Assembly (NCBI RefSeq): GCF_000017845.1
Contig: NC_010546.1
Coordinates: 2,070,001-2,102,000, forward strand
DNA length: 32,000 nt
DNA from: Crocosphaera subtropica ATCC 51142
GTDB taxonomy: Bacteria; Cyanobacteriota; Cyanobacteriia; Cyanobacteriales; Microcystaceae
Direction: 5' to 3'
A program made the position numbers and the translations under genes. Position 1 is the first letter of the stretch, and each line of letters starts with the position of its first letter. Under the pieces are notes generated by a model. It had not been told where the DNA came from. It was given only the letters and a program-made list of their open reading frames with translations, and did not search any database. This document shows positions 25,757-32,000 of the stretch, in pieces.

Positions 25757-28129
25757 ATGAGTAAACTGGTTGTTTTAAAATTGGGCAAAGGAAATTGGCA
25801 ACAGGGATTTTCTAATGTCAATGTCCAAGTTTCAGAACCGAATCGTCCCATGTCTTTGCAACTAAGTGGGAGTTTACCCTCTGACCTAGAATTATGGGAC
25901 CAGTATCAACAATGGCGGAATCTTTACGAAGCCCTTTCTGTGAATTTGAGATTGCGTCGTTATCGTAGTTCGATGCAGCCCATGATTGAATTTGATAGCG
26001 AAGAAGTTACCCATATTTCCGATGGAGAATTTCTCTACCTGTGCGATCAATTAGAACAACAATTAAATCGGTGGTTAAGCACAGAATCCTTTAGTCGCAT
26101 TGAACGTCAACTACGCAGTCATCTCAATGTTGGCGATGAAATTCGCTTGATTATCGAAACCGAAAATCAGGAACTGCGACGGTTTCCTTGGCATTTGTGG
26201 CATTTTTTTGAAGATTATCCTTTCGTTGAAGTCGCTTTAAGTCCGGCTGAATATGGACAGGTTTCGACAGCTTCAGTGCAACGAACTGGAAAGGTGAGAG
26301 TTTTAGCCATTTTAGGTAACAGTCAAGGAATTGATGTTGAAAAGGATCGTACTATCCTTCAACAATTACCCGATGGTGAGGTAATTTTTCTAGTTGAACC
26401 TCAACGTCAAGACTTGGATCGTTGGTTGTGGGATGAACAAGGATGGGACATTTTATTTTTTGCAGGTCACAGTTTTAGTCAATCCCAAGGAATGACCGGA
26501 CAGTTAGAAATTAATCCCCAAGAGTCTCTTTCTTTATCACAACTACGCAATGCTTTAAAAACAGCCATTCGTCATGGATTAAAACTGGCTATTTTCAACT
26601 CCTGTGACGGTTTAGGATTAGCCCAACAATTAGCCGATTTACATATTCCCCAAACTATCGTTATGCGGGAATCCGTTCCTGATGTGGTTGCTCAGGAGTT
26701 TCTGACCCATTTTTTGAGAGCTTTTTCGGGGGGAAAATCTTTTTATTGTTCCGTTCGAGAAGCTAGGGAACGGTTACAAGGACTAGAAGGGTTATTTCCT
26801 TGTGCGAGTTGGTTACCTGTAATTTGTCAAAATCCTGTCGAAACACCACCAAATTGGCAGAAATTACGGGATAAACAAGCAAATTCATCGGTGATTTCTC
26901 CTTCTCGACCAAAAGTAAGAGGGATTGTCCTAGCTAGTTTAGCAGTCACTATAGTAACGATGGGGTTTCGTTGGTTGGGATGGTTGCAAAGTTGGGAACT
27001 GAAAGCCTTTGATTATTTCATGGTACATCGTCCCCAACAAGAAGCTGATAACCGTTTATTAATTATTGGAGCCGATGAGGAGGATCTGAATCGCTATGGT
27101 TATCCCCTTTCCGATGAGGTAATCGATAAACTCCTGACTCAATTGCAATCCTATCAGCCTTCGGTCATCGGTATGGATATTTTTCGAGATCAACCTGTAT
27201 TGACTTCTAATGTGGCTAAATCTTCTCCCTTGTCTCAAACCTTAGCCCAAAGTCAGAATGTGGTTGCCATTTGTACTTTTGGAGAAAGTTTAGCTGCTAG
27301 TGTTGCTCCCCCTGAATCCATTTCCCCTCAACAAGTAGGCTTTGTTAATCTATACGACGATCGCCAGCCAACTCAGGGAGGAGATGATATGGTTCGTCGT
27401 TATCTTCTTTCCCGTAGTGCCAATCCTTTAGAAGCAATGTCCCGTTGCACAACTCCCTATTCTTTTGCTTGGCAACTGGCTTATCGTTATCTTCAGAACC
27501 AAGATATTTCCGTCATATCTCAAGGGGAAGACTGGCGGTTTGGTAAGGTATTGGTTCAACGTTTAAAAAACCGCAGTGCAGGTTATCAAACCTTGGACGA
27601 ACGGGGAAATCAATTACTGATTAACTATAAAAATACACCGCAAATTGCTCAACATATAACCGTTCGAGATATTTTAGATAATAACAAACATCTCAATCCT
27701 GCTTGGATTAAAGATCGAGTCGTATTAATTGGCATTACGGCTCCTAGTATTCCTGATAGGCATGATACTCCTTATGGCGAAATTCGAGGCATCAATATTC
27801 ATGCCCATGTCGTTAGTCAGTTATTGAGCGCAGCAGAAGGCAACAATTCCACTTTATTTTGGTGGTTACCTCAGTGGGGAGATTTTCTGTTAACGTTATT
27901 TTGGTCATTAATAGGAGGATTGATTGTTTATCTTCACCAACCGCTTTATCGAGTCGGTTTTGTTGTGTTTTCTTTGTTATTTATGTCGGGAATTTATTGG
28001 TTTATTTTTCTTCAACAGGGATGGCTTCCTCTCATTCCGTCCGCACTGGCTTTTTTAGGGTCAGTTGGAATAATTGTTTTGATAAAAAATTTAAAAATTG
28101 GCAAATATAACAGTATAAAAAAAGGTTAG
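25757..28129 (+). CDS. CHAT (caspase-like protease) domain fused to CHASE2 sensor, membrane protein
   Basis: CHAT core aa ~178-360 with VRVLAILGN, FFAGHS (H238, nt 26468-26470) and IFNSCDG (C283, nt 26603-26605). TM1 spans aa ~388-410. CHASE2 hallmarks are present (WELKAFDYF...LLIIGADEEDLNRYGYPLSDEV...IGMDIFRDQP, VGFVNLYDD...MVRRYLL, DRVVLIGITAPSIPDRHDTPYGEIRGINIHAHVVSQLL). Three C-terminal TM helices span aa ~707-776. Confidence 0.85.
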   Translation: MSKLVVLKLGKGNWQQGFSNVNVQVSEPNRPMSLQLSGSLPSDLELWDQYQQWRNLYEALSVNLRLRRYRSSMQPMIEFDSEEVTHISDGEFLYLCDQLEQQLNRWLSTESFSRIERQLRSHLNVGDEIRLIIETENQELRRFPWHLWHFFEDYPFVEVALSPAEYGQVSTASVQRTGKVRVLAILGNSQGIDVEKDRTILQQLPDGEVIFLVEPQRQDLDRWLWDEQGWDILFFAGHSFSQSQGMTGQLEINPQESLSLSQLRNALKTAIRHGLKLAIFNSCDGLGLAQQLADLHIPQTIVMRESVPDVVAQEFLTHFLRAFSGGKSFYCSVREARERLQGLEGLFPCASWLPVICQNPVETPPNWQKLRDKQANSSVISPSRPKVRGIVLASLAVTIVTMGFRWLGWLQSWELKAFDYFMVHRPQQEADNRLLIIGADEEDLNRYGYPLSDEVIDKLLTQLQSYQPSVIGMDIFRDQPVLTSNVAKSSPLSQTLAQSQNVVAICTFGESLAASVAPPESISPQQVGFVNLYDDRQPTQGGDDMVRRYLLSRSANPLEAMSRCTTPYSFAWQLAYRYLQNQDISVISQGEDWRFGKVLVQRLKNRSAGYQTLDERGNQLLINYKNTPQIAQHITVRDILDNNKHLNPAWIKDRVVLIGITAPSIPDRHDTPYGEIRGINIHAHVVSQLLSAAEGNNSTLFWWLPQWGDFLLTLFWSLIGGLIVYLHQPLYRVGFVVFSLLFMSGIYWFIFLQQGWLPLIPSALAFLGSVGIIVLIKNLKIGKYNSIKKG

Positions 28130-28132
28130 CAT

Positions 28133-28187
28133 AACCTGAGTTCGGGGTTCGGAGTTCGGATTTTTTAACGAGGGAATCAGAGTTTGA
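28133..28187 (+). repeat. MITE-like repeat element, copy C (short, right end degenerate)
   Basis: AACCTGAGTTCG left end, heptamers GAGTTCG GGGTTCG GAGTTCG (28138-28158), a T6 run, and the core AACGAGGGAATCAGAGTTTGA (28167-28187). It fills the 47-nt gap between two convergent stop codons and contains the coaBC stop. Confidence 0.75.
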
Positions 28188-29415
28188 TATTTCTTCTCCT
28201 CAACTTTTCCAGGTTAACAAAGTCTAATAATTGATGAGCCAGTTCTAATTTAGAACAAGATTTTATGGGTTGTTGTTGTCCGTCAGCCTTAATAAAAATA
28301 GCTTGATTTGTATCAGTCCCAAACCCTGAGTCTGGCTTATCGATAGGGTTAGCAACAATTAAATCTAACTTTTTTCTTTTTAATTTATCCAAAGCTGGAT
28401 TAATAATATCTCCTGTTTGTGCTGCAAATCCGATTAAGATTTGATCAGCTTTTTTTAAGCTTCCCAACTTAGCTAAAATATCAGTAACCGATTCTAACTT
28501 TAAGTCAGTGGGTAGCTCTTTTTTGGGCAATTTATGATTAGTGTAATAAGCCGGTTTAACATCCGCTACGGCCGCAGACATAATAATTATCTCAGACTCA
28601 ACGAAATGACTCATCATCACGGCTTCCATTTGGTCGGCACTAACCACAGAAATAAGTTGATAATTGGGGGAGATGGGAAGTAATTCTGGTGCAATAGGGC
28701 CATGAACTAAGGTGACAATCCCTCCACGATCGCTGGCTGCTTGAGCGAGGGCTAAGGCCATTTTTCCCGTGGAAGGATTCCCTAAAAATCTCACCGGATC
28801 AAGATGTTCTCTCGTTCCTCCGCCACTAATTAAAATTCGTTTACCGTTAAAGTCTTGTTGTCCTTGGGTGTGGGCTAAAGACTGTAATTGAGTGATAATT
28901 TCTGCTGGTTCAGCCATACGTCCCGATCCCACCCGATCGCAAGCCAATAACCCAGAACCTGGACCAATGCTATGATAACGACTGTTTTGTGTTAACTGCT
29001 GCCAGTTGCGTCGTATCACAGGTTGCTCCCACATTTCTGTATTCATAGCCGGGGCTAATAAAATAGGACAACGAGAGGCCAAAACTGTATTGGTCAGTAA
29101 GTTATCGGCTAATCCATGAGTTAACTTACCCAAGGTATTAGCGGTTAAAGGTGCAATGAGAAATAAATCAGCCTCTTCTCCTAGGGCAATATGCAAAGGA
29201 CGGGAATGGTTAGCTTGCCAAAAATCTGCATCGGTATAGGCTTGATGACGACTGAGGGTGGAAACCGTTAAGGGTGTGATAAATTGTTGGCCAGTTTCTG
29301 TCAGGATGACACGCACCTTTGCTCCGGCTTGAAATAAAGAAGAAATAACCTCACAGACTTTATAAGCAGCAATACCGCCACCAATGCCTATGAGGACAGA
29401 TTTAGATTTAAGCAT
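28177..29415 (-). CDS. coaBC: bifunctional phosphopantothenoylcysteine decarboxylase / phosphopantothenate-cysteine ligase
   Basis: N-terminal flavoprotein domain ([21 protein letters not shown]) and C-terminal CoaB domain ([33 protein letters not shown]). I start it at ATG 29415 ([10 protein letters not shown]...), 2 nt after the upstream gene's stop. The track extension to 29511 overlaps that gene. Confidence 0.93.
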   Translation of the reverse strand: MLKSKSVLIGIGGGIAAYKVCEVISSLFQAGAKVRVILTETGQQFITPLTVSTLSRHQAYTDADFWQANHSRPLHIALGEEADLFLIAPLTANTLGKLTHGLADNLLTNTVLASRCPILLAPAMNTEMWEQPVIRRNWQQLTQNSRYHSIGPGSGLLACDRVGSGRMAEPAEIITQLQSLAHTQGQQDFNGKRILISGGGTREHLDPVRFLGNPSTGKMALALAQAASDRGGIVTLVHGPIAPELLPISPNYQLISVVSADQMEAVMMSHFVESEIIIMSAAVADVKPAYYTNHKLPKKELPTDLKLESVTDILAKLGSLKKADQILIGFAAQTGDIINPALDKLKRKKLDLIVANPIDKPDSGFGTDTNQAIFIKADGQQQPIKSCSKLELAHQLLDFVNLEKLRRRNIKL

Positions 29416-29417
29416 GA

Positions 29418-29630
29418 TTATGCTTCGTCGTAGGCTTCGATATCGAGCAAGTATAGATAAGGTTCTGCGAGGTCTTGACGTTGGAAGGCGATCGCCCGTA
29501 ATGTATGCCAATCTTTAAGAGCTTCAAAAGGATTGGTATAATCATCTTGTTCCAGTCGCCCTGCAAGATCCGCCACATCTTGCTCGGTTAACGCAGAAAT
29601 ATCTTGCCCTGTCAAACTTAAGGTTGTCAT
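29418..29630 (-). CDS. small conserved cyanobacterial hypothetical protein (possibly DUF2555), coupled to coaBC
   Basis: The ATG at 29630 ([19 protein letters not shown]...) is preceded by GGAGG with a 7-nt spacer, so the longer track ORF start at 29696 is unlikely. 70 aa and acidic. The family name is from memory only. Confidence 0.7.
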   Translation of the reverse strand: MTTLSLTGQDISALTEQDVADLAGRLEQDDYTNPFEALKDWHTLRAIAFQRQDLAEPYLYLLDIEAYDEA

Positions 29631-29905
29631 CACCGCACCTCCTCTGACGTTGCTAATTCTCCCATCTTCCCCATTGTACCCTGATCTCTGACTCATCTTC
29701 AGGTCATTTCAATTATTCTTATTGTTTACTACTTATCGTTGGTTTCTACACGAAAAACCATAGCAATAATTATTAACCCCACAAGCTCAAAAAATTCCCC
29801 TCCATCTCCCCCTTACAAGCCCCAAAAATGAGCTATGGTAGAAGAGAGGGATTGTGGCTTGAATTGTAAAAGTAAGTAACAACAATCAACCATTTAGGAG
29901 GATTT

Positions 29906-32000
29906 ATGCGTGCAGTGCTAATGGCTGGGGGATCAGGAACTCGATTACGTCCATTGACCTGCGATTTACCTAAGCCGATGGTACCTATATTAAATCGCCC
30001 TATCGCAGAACATATTATTAACTTACTAAAACGACATAATATTACGGAGATTATTGCCACTTTATACTATCTTCCCGATGTCATGCGAGATTATTTCCAA
30101 GATGGCAGAGATTTTGGAGTAGAAATGACCTACGCCGTAGAAGATGAGCAACCCTTAGGCACTGCAGGTTGTGTGAAAAATGTCGAAGACCTTCTACAAG
30201 ATACTTTTTTAGTGATTAGTGGGGATAGTATTACCGATTTCGATCTCAGAGAAGCGATCGCCTTTCATCGTCAAAAAAAATCGAAAGCCACCCTTGTTCT
30301 GACCCGTGTCCCGAACCCTATGGAGTTTGGGGTGGTCATTACGGATAAAGATAACAGAATTATCCGTTTTCTCGAAAAACCTTCCTCTAGCGAAATTTTC
30401 TCCGATACCGTTAATACAGGAACCTACATCTTAGAACCAGAAGTTCTTCAGTATCTCCCTGCCAACGAAGAAAGTGATTTTTCCAAAGATTTATTTCCCC
30501 TTCTCCTGGCCAAAGGGGAACCCATGTATGGCTACATTGCCGAAGGGTATTGGTGCGATGTTGGCCATTTAGATGCCTATCGAGAAGCCCAATACGATGC
30601 CCTAGAAAAAAAAGTGAAGCTAGAGTTTGCTTATGACGAACAGTCTCCAGGAATTTGGTTGGGGCAAAATACTTATATCGATCCCACGGCTAAAATTGAA
30701 CCCCCGGCCCTCATTGGGGATAACTGTCGCATTGGTCCAGGGGTCATCGTCGAACAAGGATGCGTGATGGGGGATAACGTCACCATTGGGGCAGCTTCAG
30801 ACTTAAAACGCCCGATTATTTGGAATGGTGTTACCGTTGGCGATGAATCCTATTTAGCGGCTTGTGTCATTGCCAGAGGCACTCGAATTGATCGGCGATC
30901 ACAAGTGTTAGAAGGGGCGATTATTGGTCCATTATCTATTTTGGGAGAAGAAGCACAAATTAGCTCAAATGTTCGTGTTTGGCCGAGTAAACGCATCGAA
31001 TCGGGAGCTATCTTGAATATTAATTTAATTTGGGGTAGTACGGCTAATCGCAATCTCTTTGGTCAACGGGGAGTGACTGGACTGGCGAATATTGATATTA
31101 CCCCAGAATTCGCTGTAAAATTAGGGGCGGCCTATGGCTCAACCCTCAAAGCCGGATCGCAAGTGGTGGTATCACGGGATCAACGGGGATTTTCTCGTAT
31201 GATTAGCCGTTCTTTGATTTCTGGGTTGATGTCGGTAGGGATTAATATTCAAAACCTCGAAGCCACTGCTATTCCAATTTCTCGTACCATGACTCCCAAG
31301 TTAGGGGTATCCGGTGGGGTTCATTTACGGGCCCATCCGGATCGCACGGATCATATCTTAATCGAATTTTTTGACGATCAAGGCATTAATATTCCTAAAT
31401 CCCAAGAAAAGAAAATTGAAGGGGCTTATTTTAAAGAAGATTTACGACGGGTGGGTATTCCTGATATTGGTAATATGTCCTATCCAGCGCAAGTGATTGA
31501 TACCTATCGTGAAACCTTTGAGACTCAACTGGATATTGAAAGTATTAGCAACAGTGACCCCAAAATTGTCATTGACTACGTTTATGGGGTGTCAGGGGCG
31601 ATTTTACCCCAACTGCTGACTAAGTTTGGTTGCGATGCGATTGTTCTCAACGCCAGTTTACGTCAAACCACCGTTTCAACGGAGGAAAGGGAGTCTTTAC
31701 TCCATCAATTGGGCCAAGTGGTCGAAGCAGTGAAAGCGAATTTAGGGGCGCAAGTTTCGGCCAATGGAGAACAGTTTATCCTAGTGGATGAATCTGGCCT
31801 CTCTATTCGGGGAGAATGGTTAACCGCTTTGATGGTTAATACGATTTTTACGGCTTATCCTCGCAGTACGGTGGTTGTCCCTGTAGAAGCGTCTAGCGCA
31901 GTGGAACAAATTGCCCGTCGTCACGATGGTAAGGTTATTCGCACGAAATCGAATCCGACTGCATTGATGGAAGCAGCACAAATGAATCCTAACGTCTCTT
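29906..32000 (+). CDS. sugar-phosphate nucleotidyltransferase (mannose-1-phosphate guanylyltransferase-like) fused to left-handed beta-helix and phosphoglucomutase/phosphomannomutase-like domains; 3' end outside window
   Basis: Found by manual reading. AGGAGG (29896-29901) precedes ATG 29906. The frame stays open to base 32000, checked codon by codon. N-terminus MRAVLMAGGSGTRLRPLT carries the GxGTRLxPLT signature. Hexapeptide repeats lie around 30.7-31.0 kb, followed by a PGM/PMM-like alpha/beta domain. Confidence 0.9.
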   Translation, partial: MRAVLMAGGSGTRLRPLTCDLPKPMVPILNRPIAEHIINLLKRHNITEIIATLYYLPDVMRDYFQDGRDFGVEMTYAVEDEQPLGTAGCVKNVEDLLQDTFLVISGDSITDFDLREAIAFHRQKKSKATLVLTRVPNPMEFGVVITDKDNRIIRFLEKPSSSEIFSDTVNTGTYILEPEVLQYLPANEESDFSKDLFPLLLAKGEPMYGYIAEGYWCDVGHLDAYREAQYDALEKKVKLEFAYDEQSPGIWLGQNTYIDPTAKIEPPALIGDNCRIGPGVIVEQGCVMGDNVTIGAASDLKRPIIWNGVTVGDESYLAACVIARGTRIDRRSQVLEGAIIGPLSILGEEAQISSNVRVWPSKRIESGAILNINLIWGSTANRNLFGQRGVTGLANIDITPEFAVKLGAAYGSTLKAGSQVVVSRDQRGFSRMISRSLISGLMSVGINIQNLEATAIPISRTMTPKLGVSGGVHLRAHPDRTDHILIEFFDDQGINIPKSQEKKIEGAYFKEDLRRVGIPDIGNMSYPAQVIDTYRETFETQLDIESISNSDPKIVIDYVYGVSGAILPQLLTKFGCDAIVLNASLRQTTVSTEERESLLHQLGQVVEAVKANLGAQVSANGEQFILVDESGLSIRGEWLTALMVNTIFTAYPRSTVVVPVEASSAVEQIARRHDGKVIRTKSNPTALMEAAQMNPNVS

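Noticed and set aside
29416-29511. 32-codon N-terminal extension of coaBC given by the ORF track
   Set aside because: The extension overlaps the 3' end of the upstream small gene in another frame. The conserved CoaC N-terminus begins at [19 protein letters not shown] (ATG 29415).
29833-30060. 75-aa minus-strand ORF (and 30850-31053) overlapping the nucleotidyltransferase gene
   Set aside because: Both are antisense to a frame that reads GGSGTRLRPLT and stays open for about 2.1 kb to the window end. The first starts at GTG.

Overview
This is an AT-rich cyanobacterial chromosome segment. The assignment rests on many HIP1 octamers GCGATCGC (e.g. 2188-2195, 13715-13722, 25053-25060), STRR-like heptamer arrays, and cyanobacteria/plastid-restricted families (DUF1517, DUF1822, DUF1823). 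Most of the window is tightly packed housekeeping. In order: the carB 3' end, a DUF255 thioredoxin-fold protein, a TauE/SafE permease, a TPM-domain gene overlapping ftsH, and a secreted PAP2/vanadium-haloperoxidase-like protein. Then a TPR protein, uvrB, an MltA-like transglycosylase, an orphan CheY-like receiver, a stand-alone EF-G paralog and DUF1517. Then an esterase behind a futB-like iron ABC permease, DUF1823, and coaBC with a small upstream partner. The window ends with the 5' part of a nucleotidyltransferase/phosphomannomutase-like fusion (29906 to window end). That gene is absent from the ORF track because it has no stop in the window. No rRNA, tRNA, CRISPR array, transposase or integrase was recognised. 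The stand-out region is 22.7-28.2 kb. It holds an unusually long sigma-70-family factor, a DUF1822 protein, and a membrane protein in which a cytoplasmic CHAT (caspase-like) protease domain sits N-terminal to a periplasmic CHASE2 sensor. I propose a signal-gated protease/sigma-factor switch with DUF1822 as candidate anti-sigma factor or substrate, by analogy to Craspase-Csx30-sigma. The module is bracketed by two same-orientation copies of a MITE-like element with inverted termini, a GAGTTCG heptamer array, a T-run and an AACGAGGGAATCAGAGTTTGA core. A third copy follows the receiver gene. A ~70% G+C island and a polypyrimidine tract lie in the sigma-DUF1822 spacer. All family assignments come from motif recognition by eye; no searches were run.
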